64,000 bases of DNA from Vitrella brassicaformis CCMP3155. Its lineage: Eukaryota; Protista; Chromerida. Below are positions 15,901 to 29,529 of this stretch, piece by piece; the stretch's first letter is position 1; the number at the start of each line of letters is the position of its first letter. The stretch spans positions 62,001-126,000 of the forward strand of contig CDMY01000182.1 in NCBI GenBank assembly GCA_001179505.1. Reading direction: 5' to 3'. The notes beneath the pieces were generated by a model that worked only from the letters and a program-made list of their open reading frames with translations, was not told where the DNA came from and ran no database searches. The position numbers were made by a program, and so were the translations under genes.

Positions 15901-16680
15901 GTCCGTCAATGCCGTCACCTGGGGCGTCTTCCCATGTACGCACCACAGAAGCCCCCCACACATGAGCACGGACGGACGGACGGACAGACAGACATGGCCA
16001 TTCACCCGTCCCCCTGCCACCTGCCCTCTCTGTGTGCGCGTCCGTGCATCTACAGGCGAGGAGGTGAAGCAGCCGACGGTTGTCGATCTGGTTTCCTTCA
16101 TGGCCTGGAAGGACGAGGCCTTCTCACTATGGTCAGCCAATGGATGGATGGATGGATGAATGGATGGAACCAAACAACGCGGCATACGGGTGTGTGCAGG
16201 AAGGAGGAGTGGGGGGCCATCTATCCCGAGGGCTCGCCGTCACGACAGCTCATCACGACCGTACGCACGCACACACCACACGACGCGACACACGGCACAT
16301 ACACAGTTTTGCGCGTCCAATCTATGGTCTTCTCTGTGTGTGTCGTCCGTCGATCCCTCCCTCCCTCCATCCATGAATGATTCAGATCCACGACTCCTGG
16401 TACCTGGTCAACATCGTCGACAACAATTTTGTCTGGTCGGTGGGCTGCCCAGCCACACACACATTCACTCCACGGACACACGACTACACGTGTAAGTTTG
16501 TCTGTCTGTCTGTCTGTTTGCATGACTGTCTGTTGTGAATGCAGCGGCGATTTGTTCGGCATTTTGGTGGGGATAACGGGGCGGGCGAAGATGGGATCCC
16601 CCAAGGCCAACGGATCCCCCAAGGCCAACGGCACCATCAACGGCACCGACAACGACGTCACCACTGACGGACTCGTGTGA
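12916..16680 (+). CDS. MTHFR: Methylenetetrahydrofolate reductase, eukaryotic type with C-terminal regulatory domain
   Basis: MKITD| then [123 protein letters not shown] and [10 protein letters not shown]. Stop at 16678-16680. Confidence 0.96.
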
Positions 16681-17399
16681 CGGACGAACACGCAGTAGAG
16701 AGAGTGTGTGTCGGGAGTGAGACTCGTGTCGATTTTGCCGCAGACAGAGACCAGACATCTACCTACTCGTGTGTGATGCATGTGTGTACGTGTGTTTAAA
16801 CGCATGTGTGCGTGCGTGCGTGTGTGTCGCGTGAACTGACTCTTGCACACGTACGGTTGTTCTCCCCGTCCTCTCCCTCCCTCCCTCCCTCCCTCCCCCT
16901 CGCAATTTCCCCGTGCGCGTGTTTCTTTTGCCATCCATGGTCTATCGCAAGTCGACTGCCTGCCTGCTCGACTGCCTGCCTGCCTGTTTTCTCGCCTCGT
17001 CGATTTGTCCGTCGATTGTGTATGTTACATACACATCGTGGCACAGCCAGAGGACTGCGTGCAGTGCAGTGCTTATGTCTGTCTGCCTGCTGCAGGCAGG
17101 TCGGCAGGTAGGCAGTCAGCCGCAAAGTATGTGGCCAGCCATCTCCATGAGGGACACGCATACGTGTACCGTTCCCGTGCGCACATTCGTTTGTGTGTGT
17201 GTGTTCGTGTGGGTGGCTGGGTGGCCTCTGGCGACGCCAGGACTGCATTACTCGATGCAACCACTGAGGAGGGAGGGAGGGAGGGAGGGACAGACAGACA
17301 CCACGTGACCAATGACCGAAGGATCACTGACTGTCTATCTCTTTGCGCGTCGAACCGTTTTGGAGTATCTACCTGTGTGTCGATGGAAGGGTAGATTAT

Positions 17400-19263
17400 G
17401 ATATGCTCCAGAAACAAAGCTGGAGGGACCGTTGCCGAGACAGTGAGTGGGGGGCGGGGATGGACGGATGGATGGAAAGACGCAGTATCAGACGCCCCGT
17501 CTATCGATTTGTCAACTTGATGTGGCTGCGGATAAATGTGGCCACGTGGTGAGCATGGTAGCTTTCCACCCATCCATTCAGGGACGCAAATATGCACAAT
17601 CGCACAGATTCGTGAGTCAGAGACATCACGGCAACCGCCGGGCGGAACAGGTGACTGAGTAACCAAGGCAGACAAGCACGCATCGTGTGTCGCCCCCCTC
17701 CCCCCCCCGCTGCGGGTGAACGGCACAGACAAGGCCAACCACCTGAAATGAGCGGTGTCTCACTTGTGTGTGTGGATGCAGGCGCGACGACACATTTCTG
17801 CGGCAGGTCCACTAGAGACTTCGAGACGCGGCCATGCGGGCGCAAGGACCGTGCGACTGGCGAGTGGGTGGCCATTCCCGAGATGGTCGGCAAACTGTGC
17901 AACAGATACAAGGAATCCACTGGCCCTTTTGGACTACACAGGGGGTGGGTGAGGGTAGAGTCAGTCAGGTGACTGCAACCGCTTTCCCTCACACAAGACA
18001 ACACAATCGTCGCCCACGCCCACACACAGGAGCCTCTCTCTCTCTCTCTCTCTCTCTGAGCGTCTGTCTGTCTCTCTCTGTCTGAATGGCACAATCGGTT
18101 TGATGGTGGGCTGGATGTGTGATGTTTTCTAGAGGTGATTTGTGACTGGGTGCGTGCGTACAAATGGATGCGCGTCGGTACGTCTCTCTCTCTGGGATGA
18201 GCGCATGTGTTGCTCGCTGGCTGTCTACATCGAGGTACGTTTGGTCTGTGTGGCTGTGAGGATGATATCAGCTGAGGGACTGTTGTTTTCTCTGGCACAC
18301 ACAACACAGGGTGGTTTCGTCGTACAATTGACACGAAATGACTGCTGGTCCGACCATGGAACGCAACACCGCGCACACACACCCACACACACATTGCCCG
18401 TCCCTCGTGTGTGTGTCTATGTATGTGTCGTATGCCCACCGGCAGCTCTTTCGTGCCCTTGACCAACTCAGGGAGCTGCACACACACCCGCACACTTCCA
18501 CACACGCGCACTCTGGTGTTCTTCTCAGCGTCGATATCGTCGAAGTGCTTCTGCAAGTCGGACAGCTGCAGCCAGCCGCACCCCCACACCAACACAAGTG
18601 CTTTGTGTGTGGTACAAATCGACGTGTGCATCAGACAGACCTGATTGGTCGTGGGGTCTTCTCTTGGAGCTCCGTGTGCCCCCCCATAGTCGTCCTGCAG
18701 CTTGGCCAACCAACATACCTCTCGGTGGCCGCCGAAGCGGCCAAAATATGCGTTAGTTAACGCACAGAGAAGAGAAGAGACACGAGGAAGTCCTATAGAT
18801 ACCGTCTTCCTTTCCTTCTCCCTCACTTACGTACGTACCGCGGGCAGAAAGCGCAGATGCATTGCATTGCATCGCACGCCGACAAGTCCACAAATATAAT
18901 GAAGATGGACAGCTGGCCATCCACCTGCAGGTAGACATGCATTCACAGACACGAGACACGTACACACGACTTGATCAGCATACATAGAGTATTTCGACAG
19001 CTCACCTTCGATGTGCAAAGGGCTAGCAAGGCAGTGCGGTTCGAAGTCGTCATCGGCCGATAGAATATAAAATGCAGGCAGCGATCCATGACGTGGGTCA
19101 CGGAGCATGATGATTTGAAGCTTGTGCGACGGTTCTGGTCAATAGGTTCTGGTGCTGCCCACAGTGCACATTTCGACGTGCGAGTGCATGTCCCGGCGGC
19201 TCGCTTAGTGAACACACCACTACGCAGTCTGTTGTTTCCATCCCTTCGACTAAGTCCTGTCAT
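17400..19263 (-). CDS. Putative multi-micro-exon gene of unknown function (boundaries uncertain)
   Basis: Minus-strand splice signals (ctcac, cttac and ctgca read on the plus strand) and short in-phase exons such as LSDLQKHFDDIDAEKNTR|LPELVKGTKELP. No complete model could be assembled. Confidence 0.3.
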
Positions 19264-19839
19264 CGACTAGCGACAAGCGCACACACATCACATAGCTAGT
19301 ACTAGGACGTCTTCATCTGTACAGACGGGACAGCCAGCCAGCCATGAAGAAAAAAAAGGCCAACAAGAAAGGCACAAGGTACAATGGCTCACCGACTCAC
19401 CTAGCAGGCACGGACACATGCACATGGCAATGGACCCCTCTCTCCTTCTCTCTCCTCTGGCTGTGTGTCGGTGTGTGCGCGTCTGAACGCGCTTGTGTGA
19501 GTGACTGTGATTGTACTGTTTACGTACGCCCGCAAAAAGCACGCCGCCACATCTGACTGACTACCACCGACTCACGGCACATCACATCACGGGCAGCACT
19601 CAGAAAAGGGGATGAATAGAAAACCACGGCAAAATCAACGTCCATATACACACATGGCTGCCAGCCTGTCGGTGTGGCTGGGTGGCTGCCGACTAGGTTT
19701 GGGGCGTCCAGGGAGGGGTACCCCTTGTGTGAGGGTGGGTGTCTTAGTGCTGTCTATGCTATCTATACACTAGTGCATCAATCAGTCAAAGGATGGATGG
19801 ATGCCCTGTACGTACGATCGTCAGTCAATACTACCCACT

Positions 19840-22800
19840 CAATCGTTGGTCCCACCTGCGCCAGAACAGACACACAAGGAAACACAAAAGACGGCATTCT
19901 TCAAGCGCGATGCTCTTCGCATGCGTGTGTGCATGCGTGTGTGTGTATGTTAGATGAGATGCAGGCACAGGCGTAGCGTACCCCATTCGAGGATGACCTT
20001 GATTGTACGCTCCTTCATTGAGGGACTCGCCCGCAGGGATTCCTGCACAGCTATCACACCCTGCGGACCTGCAGGAACACATGTGCCCACCACACACACA
20101 CAGACAGACAGACAGACCGATGGACAGGTATGCACACGGGCGTCTCTCTCCTCTGACCGATGAAGTTCCCCCCCAGGTTGAGGTAGGTGAGTGTGGGGTG
20201 GTGCCTGAGGCCGTCAGCCAGCGCACGGCCGCCACGCTTGCGGATCTTGTTGCCTGCATGCCACACACATACATCCCATGCACACGAATCGATCAACCAA
20301 TGCGCCCACATAAATGTGCCCACAGAGATAGAGAGCGGCGGCTTACTCCTGAGTGAGAGGTGCGTGAGCGATTTGTTTCTGCTGAGTGCCCTGCCGAGCG
20401 CCACGGCGCCGTCGTCGCCGATGACGTTGCTGCTCAGGTTGAGCACCCGCAGCGTCCGGTGGGCCGCTATCGCACGACCCAACACACCGGCAGCAAAGTC
20501 GTTCAACCAGTTGCCTGAAGACACACACATACATGTGCACACACGTGGGCAGACAGTCCTGCGCAATGCACATGTCTGTCGGTATGGTATCGCTCGGCAT
20601 GTGTGTATGAGTGCGTGCCTCTGAGGTAGAGTTCCTCAATGGTTGGGTGGTCAATCAGGAGCTGAGCCAGCAGGGCAACCGCCGTCAGGTCACCCCGGAG
20701 AGTGTGGTCCAGACGGTACACACGCGGGGGGCCAGTCGTCATGCGCCAGCGGCTGGGCACCAACTACTCACACAGACAGAGAAAGATGCACACCTTGAGG
20801 GAAGTGACGAAGGTGGGTTGGCAAGTAGGTAGGTAGGTATATTGTACCGGTCCGACATGGAGGCGGTTGACAGTGGCGATGGACTGCGATTGGGTGACGA
20901 GCATGGCCAGCATCGCGACGCCCTGGAAGCCCACCCAGCTTTCCTCATCTGACGGAGGGCCAACGAAACCCACAGCTGACACGGAACAGACAAACACGCA
21001 CATTCGATTCTCTGTCCCTCCATCTGTCCCTTTGTCTGCTTCCTCCATCCCTCCTCCCTCCCTCCCTCCCTGTCTGTCTGTCTGTCTGTGTCCGTACGTA
21101 CGTACGTTTCGGTCTGAATCTGGCGTGTCTGATATGGCTGTTTGCAGCAATGGCCCCAACCAGCCGCCGCCACCCCTCAGAGGTCAAGTGCCGGACCACC
21201 GACTCGATGACCACCTCGCCCTCCCGCCAGTCCAGCACACAACTCCCCCGCACAACCTCACCTCCATCACCCCCATCGGGGGCCGCCTTGGCGGCCGTTG
21301 CGGCACCGGTGTCGTTGGTCTCATGATGCTCAGCCAGTTTGATGACCACCGTCCTTTCCTTTTCCCTCTTTCTGTCTTTTGCTGGGGGCGACAGCTGCTT
21401 TGGGGCTATGCCGACCCCGCGGCCGTCCTCTTGCTCTCCTTCTCCCGTTATCTCGTCATGGGCAACGGGTATGGCGAGCGTGGCTGGCGGCCCGATCTCC
21501 TCTGTGCCGAAGTCAATGCGGCCGCCTCGGTCGACATAACTGAGGGAATGAGTGCGTGTCGACACATGCATTTCATCTATGGGTGTACGAATCTCCTCAC
21601 GTACGTCTCGAGGGCGCGGTCAATCCGGCGCATGGCGGCTGAAGACGTGGGCTGCTTTGTGGAGGGCTTCAGAGGCACCGCCGCTGCACACAGAGAGAGA
21701 ATGAACACGGACATGTGCGTCCCCTTCTGTCTGTCTGTCTGTCTGTGGTTGTGGTTGTGTTGTGGTGTGCATACGCGTGGGGGGCTTCTCTGGTGTTGTG
21801 GTTGTGGTCGGCGGCTGTTGCTGCTGGTCCTGTCGTTGCTGTTGCTGTTGCTGAGCTGCTGGGGGGGACTCCAGCAACGCCTGCAGCAGCTCACGCGGGG
21901 GCTCTCCATACACGTGCCTGCAGAGGGCCACGGCGACACAACATGCAGACGTGACATGGCCCCCACCCACTTACAGCGATAGATACACTGACTGCCTGGC
22001 CGACTGACCTGAATGCCGCCCGCCACACTCGGTATTCCGAGGGGTAGCCAAAGATTCTCTTGGTGCGCCGACAGTAGAGGTGGAACACACTCAGCTGGAT
22101 CACAGAGAGCAGCAGGCCGCTCACGAGCGCCGCGTCGACGTCCGTCCTCTCCCTCGCAGGCAGCCATGTGGACCGTGCAGGTGAAAGATCCACACCTAGG
22201 GCGCCCTCAGACATGTAGTCGTAGAGGCAAGTGACGACCAGCAGATAGACCTGGGCCAGCAGAACCACAGGCAGGCCGAGCCACGTGTAGGTCCCGATCC
22301 GCACAACCATGTACCCCTCGATCCTGCTCCACGTCCACTCGTGCACACGCGGCAGCGACGACAGCCACCACCACCCCCGGCTCATGCCCTGCCGCTCGCC
22401 GGTCTCTCTTTCGCCCCCACTGGTATCTCGTCCTGACTGTCTCATGGCTTTGGGGCTGTCAGACCTCTCGGCCTCCTCCCTGCAGAACCGAGATGTGCGT
22501 GTGGACGGCAGAATGGGCCGCGGGGGGTGCAGCACGCTCCGCCCAGGGTCGATCAGCTTGAGCTGCGGCGGTCTCCGGGCAGTCGATGAGCTTGAGCTGG
22601 GTTTGTCGTGTGAGAGTGGTGGAGAGTCGGGGGCGCTAGATGAACTCGCGTCGATGGGTGGAGGGGCGGGTTGCTGCGGCAGACGCTTCTGCCGGTGTTG
22701 GTGGGCGGCGCTGCGACCGCTCCGGACGGTGAGGGCGAGCAGGGACGCGTCGACAAGGGCCAGGGTGGGCGCCCCGAGGGTGAAGAAGAGGCACCCCTCA

Positions 22801-23739
22801 CTCCACACATCTGCGATCAATAGACGGACAGACGGATGGGCAGACAGACGAGACACAGACAGACAGACAGACATCCGTCCATGAATTGTTCAGGTGTGGT
22901 TCGTCACTCCTTACTGATGGGGACACAGGCGCATGCGTCCCTTCTCATCTCGCTGACGATGGCCGCCCCGCCCACAAACAGCCCCGTCAGCCAGTAGGTC
23001 AGTATGACCACCAGGAACATCCCCAGCCCCCAAAGACGCACCTCCCACCCGCCCAGATTGTCCTCGGACGAGTGCCACCCCATCAACACGCACGACAGCC
23101 ACAGGTTGACTGCCAGGCTGACCAGGAAGACCGGCACCAGCCACAGCGACGGGTGGCGGCTTAGAAAACGCACAAATCGTCGGTGGCACGATCGCTCGGC
23201 CTCTTGCTGCGACCGCACGGCGTGTGGGGGCTCGGTGAGTGGCGGGGGAGGCGGCCTGGCCCTTCTGGCTACCTTGGGCGAGGACGGGTGTGAGGTGTTG
23301 GCCACTTCGATGGCCGCGCGGAGAGCTGCCTTGGTTTTGTCTTTGTTGGACAAGGGCGTGGTGGGCCCGGCTGAGGTGGGCAGCTACATTAAGGCACACC
23401 ACACACACACACACACACAGGTATGCATCCACGAGGGATGGACCATCTGCCTTCTTTTCCTTGTCTGTTGTTGCTCGCGCACCTCTGGCGGCTCGGCTGA
23501 GTGAATGGCTGTGGAGACCACGACTCTCGCGCTGCACACAAGCCAGACAGACCGACAGAATGAGACAAAGACAGACAGATGACTGTGTGTGCTGTCGGAA
23601 TATGTATGTGCTGTTGGAGCAACTGAGTGTGCCTTCCGGCTGTGAACTACTACCTCTGGGCAGGGCCGTGAGTCACAAGAGCTGCTTCTTCATCTCTCTC
23701 GACTGTTGGCTCAGAAACAGCCACACGGCAGCCTGCCAT
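19840..23739 (-). CDS. Multi-pass membrane protein with C-terminal RNI-like leucine-rich repeats (ends approximate)
   Basis: Hydrophobic helices LWLVPVFLVSLAVNLWLSCVLM, LWGLGMFLVVILTYWLTGLFVG, LGLPVVLLAQVYLLVVTCLY and AALVSGLLLSVIQLSVFHL at 23.2-22.1 kb. LRRs TIEELYLRGNWLND, LRVLNLSSNVIGDDGAVALGRAL, LTHLSLRS/GNKIRKRGGRALADGL and LTYLNLGGNFIGPQG at 20.7-20.0 kb. Confidence 0.65.
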
Positions 23740-24029
23740 CACTGAATGAGACAATCAAAAGACACACAATCACACAAACGGGGGCCATTCACACCGGTGC
23801 ACCATTGAGCTTACTCTCAGTGTTCAACCAACGCAGCAGCTGCCTGCTCTGTGAGTCTTCACAAAATGACACCGACTGACAGCATATAGATCAAAACTAC
23901 ACTAGGGGACACACCACTCAAGCCTTTTCGCCGAACGATGCAGGCATCTCGGCCACGAGCTCGCAAAGTGATTGCGGCTGCTGATTCCTTCGCCGGTTGG
24001 CCATAGTTGACGAGTCTGCGTCGCACAAG

Positions 24030-24385
24030 ATGGTGAGTCGAACCACATAGCAGGTCCCACCTCGCTGCTGACACTATTGGTGTCTGTCTGCGGTGTGTTC
24101 TCGCCTGTGTGTTGCTCATTCCCAGGGTGAGACCGAGGCTCAGCGTCAGATCCAGCAGATGGTGAATTTCATTTTGAAGGAGGCCCGCGACAAGGCCGAC
24201 GAGATCGAGGCCAAAGCCCTCGAGGACTTCAACATCGAAAAACTCCGGATGATGCAGCAGCAAAAGGAAAAGATACGCGACGAGTACCAGCGAAAGTCCA
24301 AACAGCTCGAGGTCCAACGCGCCATGTGAGCCGCCACCACCGACACTGCCCTGAGACGAGGAGAGGAGAGGACACCTGTCGTCAC

Positions 24386-24418
<33 letters not shown>

Positions 24419-25638
24419 TTGCAGTGCTCGCTCGACGGCGGTCAACAAGGCGAGGGTCAAGAAGATGGAGGAACGGTCGCTGGTACGCAACACATCGTTG
24501 CCTCCACTTGTCTGTGGCGATCTGACGTGTATCATATGGCATGGCATGGGATGGCGCGCGTCCTGTTTGTGTGTCAGATGGTGGACAAGGTGAGGGATTT
24601 GGCTTTGAAGGAGCTGGCGAATCTGTCTGCCGACAGCTCCAAAACACAGGCGTACCGCAACCTCCTCGTCGACCTCACCGTGCAGGTCGGTGGGTGGGTT
24701 GCCTTATGGGATGGGATGGGATGGGCTGTGTTGTTGTGTGTTGTGTGTTGTGTGTAGGGTTTGTTGCGGCTGCTGGAGGATCATGTGGTGGTGCGGTGCC
24801 GCGAGTGCGACAAAGGACTGTTCGACACCGGACTCATCAAATCGGTCATGACTGACAGACAGACAGGCGGGGGAGAGAGAGACAGAGAGAGAGAGATGTT
24901 GTGCGTTGTGTGTGTTGTGTGTGTATGTGTGACAGGCGTGTACCAAGTATGCCCAGATCATCAAAGATGAGACGGGCGCCGACAAGTCCGTCCACATCGA
25001 AGTCGACAAACAAACTGTACCACACACACCACACACACACACACACACAGGCATACAAACACATAGGACCGCATAGGCATAGCACCAACACAGACAGACA
25101 GACAGACAGACATTCATCCACACTTGGTGCAGACGCATCCATCCATCGCGTCACATCACGTTGACACATGACTCTCTGTCTCTCTGTGCCCATGTATGTA
25201 TGCGTCTGGTGTGTCAGTTTTTGCCGCCGCCCCCTCGGCCCGGCTATGAGGGCAAAACATGGTGGGTGGGTGGGTGGGTGGGCATTGTGCTGTGGACAGA
25301 CACACTAATGATGCTGCTGTGTTGTGTGTGTGTGTTGATTGTCTGCGTGCAGCTCTGGCGGTGTAATTCTGTTGGCGCACGACAGCAAGATCACATGCGA
25401 CAACACTCTGGTCAGTCAGCCAATGGAATGCTTTCACTTGCTGAGATCCATCCGTCCATCCATTCATTCGTTCATTCATTCATTCGTTTATTCAGGACAC
25501 GCGCCTGTCGCTCGTGGTGGAAGAGTGCAAGGTACTCGACACACTTCTGCATGCCGCTCACTTCCCCTGGTGCGCTGTGGTGTGGTGTGGTGGTGTTTGC
25601 AGCCTCAGATCCGCGAGACCCTCTTCCCGCAATCATAG
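24030..25638 (+). CDS. ATP6V1E: V-type proton ATPase subunit E
   Basis: ATG|intron|GETEAQRQIQQMVNFILKEARDKADEIEAKALEDFNIEK, ARSTAVNKARVK, YRNLLVDLTVQ|GLLRLLED, GGVILLAHDSKITCDNTL, IRETLFPQS then stop. Confidence 0.95.
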
Positions 25639-26607
25639 TGACGACGGATGGATGGATGGATGTAGGACAGCACAGCACAGGGAGGGAAAGGGATGTGATG
25701 TGAGGTGTGCCTGCATGAACGAAAGTGGATGGGGCTGACCCGTTCGCTCACTCATTCTCTCACTCACTCAGTCGTTGGCCTTTCTGCAATGGCCGGATGC
25801 GCGTCTGTTTTGGTGCCTGTACATGATTGAGTGAACGACTTGCGGACGTTCAGACAGACACATAGGATGGATGGATAGATTTATGTTTTCAATGCGGTTC
25901 TGCTCGATCCCCCCTGATCTGATATCTCAAACTTCTCTCCTTCCCCCTCAGTCCGTACGTTCCACGCAGACACACCCGAACACCGACACCACACATATAT
26001 CGTCAGAAAACCATACGTGTACCGGAGGATTTGTGACTCTCTGTGTGTGTCTTATGAATGCAGAGCTGGGCGAGGGGTGTGGCCTGTGGTCCCCTTTAGC
26101 GATGAGTACGGGGTATTGAGAGACTACCAAACGAACGTCTACCGTCGACCCGTCCACACAGTTATCTCAGCGCCGAGTGGACGTACCGGGGTGATTTGGG
26201 CACCAACATGACGGGGAGGAGATGGACCACAGGCACGCACGGTGGTATGTAGTGACTGACGTTCTTTGTGACCTCTGTGTGATGGTGGGTTGGTGTCATG
26301 GATACAGACAGACAGGCAGTGAGGTAATGTATGGCCGGATTGCGCCAAGACAAGGGGAGACAGGGAGAGACCTTGTCTGTCGATTTGCGGTGTTGTTCAC
26401 AAGGCAACGGAGGCCCTGGGTGCCTGTGGTTGCTCGTGGATGGATGTCGATTCTGTACTTAGCCACACACAGAGATGCACACATTTGCCCGCCCATGCCA
26501 TGCGTGTGTTTCTCGGCGTTCAGTGCACCAACGAGGGTGATTTGAGTGTGAAGATGACGGCAGGTAGCTTGCTTATTGACACGTACCGCCATGACGCTCT
26601 TTTGCGG

Positions 26608-26787
26608 ACAGACAGACTCCCGGTTCTCTCTTCTCTCCGTACATCCAGTGTGTGCCACGGACACGCCAACCAATGCATTGAATTAGCATATCCTACGCAC
26701 GGTAAGGTTGTGGATGAGCACGTCAGCCACCGACACACCCATCTGCAATGGGAAAAGCCCTCGTGAGGGATCGTGGATCTCGTCTGA
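26608..26787. repeat. 180-bp direct repeat, copy 1
   Basis: Matches 29993-30172 with 4 mismatches in a by-eye alignment. Confidence 0.93.
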
Positions 26788-27145
26788 CCTCGCAAAAGTG
26801 GCGACTCCAGTCTCGCCAGCCGACCTCTGAGTCCACTGCACGGTCGTTGACGGTCGTTGATTCCGAAACGCTTGCCGGGTTTCTGCCTGGGATCTGTCGT
26901 TGGTCGTGGAAGCGGTGATAAGCGTCGATGAGTGAAGAAGCATGTACGCCATTCGTTACTTGTGTGCGCTGCGTTTGTCTTGGCAATGAGTGGCCTTGTA
27001 CTGTACCTGCAGACGCTCGTGTGGATGTCAATGATGCATCTGGCAAAGCAACAACTCAGCAAGCGAACCAGCCGCAGCCGCAGCAGCAGCAGCAGGTAAC
27101 AAATCGATGCTGCATCACCCGTCAGAACCCCTCCAGCCGTCTTCA

Positions 27146-29529
27146 ATGGACTCTCTGTCCCTGAATTGTCACGCAGCTCTTCCTTCTGAGTCGTACGATC
27201 AAGGAGCTGATAGCGACAGCGATGCCGAATACGGTGAGGGAGAGGCTCTGCAATGCACTCCGTTTCTCGTGTCGTGCTGGTTGTCCCTCCCTTGTCGTAT
27301 CCCTTTCAGTAACCATCAATCTGTCGGAGCAAATCAGGTCAGCGTTGATCAGGGACTTCCGCCACGAGGAGTATCTTGAGCGGTATCTTGAGTGGAAGAC
27401 GCGCGAGCAGCTTATCGAGATCAAAAGCACTGTGGCTGTCCAGTTCGTCGAGACCGGAGAAGCTTATTCCAACTCCGCCCTGTCGCTCAAGATGGACCGG
27501 GACGCGATGAGAGAACACGTGATCGAGCACTTTAGGGTATGCTTTCCACACAGATCCATAGAGCCATGATCGACAGCCGTTCAGTCACACTCACCGCTCT
27601 CCACTTCTCTCAGAGAAACTTCGGCAACGTCGCCGAGTGCAAGATTGTGACAACAGGTGAGAGCTGGCTACGGTGGGTGCAAGTTGGCGTGTAGTGTTCT
27701 TCCGTTTAGCTGACGGCAAGGCGTGTCATGCCTTCGTCAAGTTCGAGCGCGAGGAGGACTTCAAGCACGCCGTTGAGTGGGAGGGGGACCTGCAGATACT
27801 GTCATACAGTGGAATGCCAACGGATGTGTATAATCCGGTGCCTTTTCGAGAGGTGCGTTGGCCTTCACAAGCACCCAAAGTAGATCGACCATTCCTTCTC
27901 TTGTCTGTGTTTGCCCTTCCGGTAGGATGGCGATGAGGAATTGTTCACCGAAGAGGAGATGGAGCTGCTGTTCAACCATGACGAGCCGCGAACCATTCGC
28001 ATCCGCGTGCGGCGGACTTCCAAGCTCCAGTGCGCTCTCATTGTCGATGGATCAAACGTCATCCAAAGCTACATGAGTCAGTTCGGCTGCCACTCAGTCA
28101 TGCCCTACGTCACCTTCGAGCGTCTTATCGATCGTGTTGGTGACCACTTTGAGGCTCACACGGGGAAGAGGATCGAAGTGCTCGCCGACCACTCGGTCTT
28201 CATCGACACGGAACCGGCCGTGCTTTACGAGGCGTTCATGAAGAAGCGTGCTCTGGATGCTGAGAGTGGCAACGGCGACCGTCAGCAGAGCCAGCCTGCG
28301 ATCGAAGCACCGCTCCAGACAGCAAGTCAAGGGCCACCAACGGAGGAGCTAGCGGATCAAGCGGTCGCCGCAGACCGACCAGAGAATCAGCAGGCGGGGG
28401 AAGAGGGCAGCGAGCAAGGACATGGGGAGGGTCAAGAGGGGGGAGTAGAAGAGGACGTTGCCGAGCCAGCACGTCAAGAGTCCCCCGAGGCACGAGCCCT
28501 GAGAGAGAAGGAGGAGAAGGAGCGCCTTCATGAGCTGCTGGCAAGACCTGAAGGCAGCTGCGTCGGCGACATGGCCCAAGGGGGGCTGCTCAAGAAATAC
28601 TGCTTCAGAGTCAAGACTGTGAAGATGAAGCCCCTGAGGGCGTTCTGCCACATGTGCGACGAGTATCGCCCTCAGATGCGCAAGAATGGGCTGCCATTCC
28701 TGCAGCAGCGGGGTGCCGACTGTGCGATCGGCATCGCAATGACCGATGCAGCTGCCAGTGATCAGGTTGATGCTGTCATTCTCTTTAGCGGTCAGCAGAG
28801 TAGAGTAGAGGAGCGACATCTAATGTGTGTGTGACGTGTGCGACATGCTTGCAGGAGATGGGGATTTCGTTGAAGTAAAGGCAGCCACCGCACGCTTAAT
28901 ATTGACAAATCCATGGATGTTGTCCTTGTGAGGCTGCAGGCTCTTGAATCATCTGACAGTCAGGAGTCTCGAAAGAGCAAACTGAAGTACGTGGCGGCGT
29001 TTCGCAAGTCGCTCCAGTAAGCGCAAGAGCAACACACAGGTACCGACGAATGCACTCATGCGTCACCGTTGCCGTGCTCTGCAGCCGTGAGATGCAAACT
29101 TACGCCCACAATGTGTGCGTGATTGGGGAAGAAGACGACTGGCTGCATCCTTTGCAGGCACCCAACTCAACAGCAGTAGGTGGCCGAGCCTCTTCAGCAG
29201 CTGCAGCCGCAGCTACCGCAGCGGCAGCACCAGCGGAATCCCCAGGAGCCGCAAGACGGGCGACACAGCAAAGACGCTGTGGACAGAGCAGAAGAGCAAC
29301 ACCTGAAGCGACACCAGCTGCGGCCTCAGCTGCTGATCGTGGACAAGGCAGGCCACCCACGTCGATTGCAGCCACTGAAAGCGAATCCACTGCCGCCTCT
29401 CTCTTTCCACACCTCGCACCTAGCGCGCCCGTCTTACTAAGGCTCGAACCACGACACCCTCAGCGGCCTATGAGGACTGGGTGGATAGAGAGAGGCAACA
29501 ACGGCGAGCTGCACTGCGCTTACCAATGA
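27146..29529 (+). CDS. RRM plus NYN (LabA/DUF88 PIN-like) domain protein; the true start may lie further upstream
   Basis: RRM-like FGNVAECKIV...CHAFVKFEREEDFKHAVE. NYN motifs ALIVDGSNV (Asp at 28046), QQRGADCAIG (Asp at 28718), VDAVILFS|GDGDFVE and LNREMQTYAHNV. Stop at 29527-29529. Confidence 0.72.
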
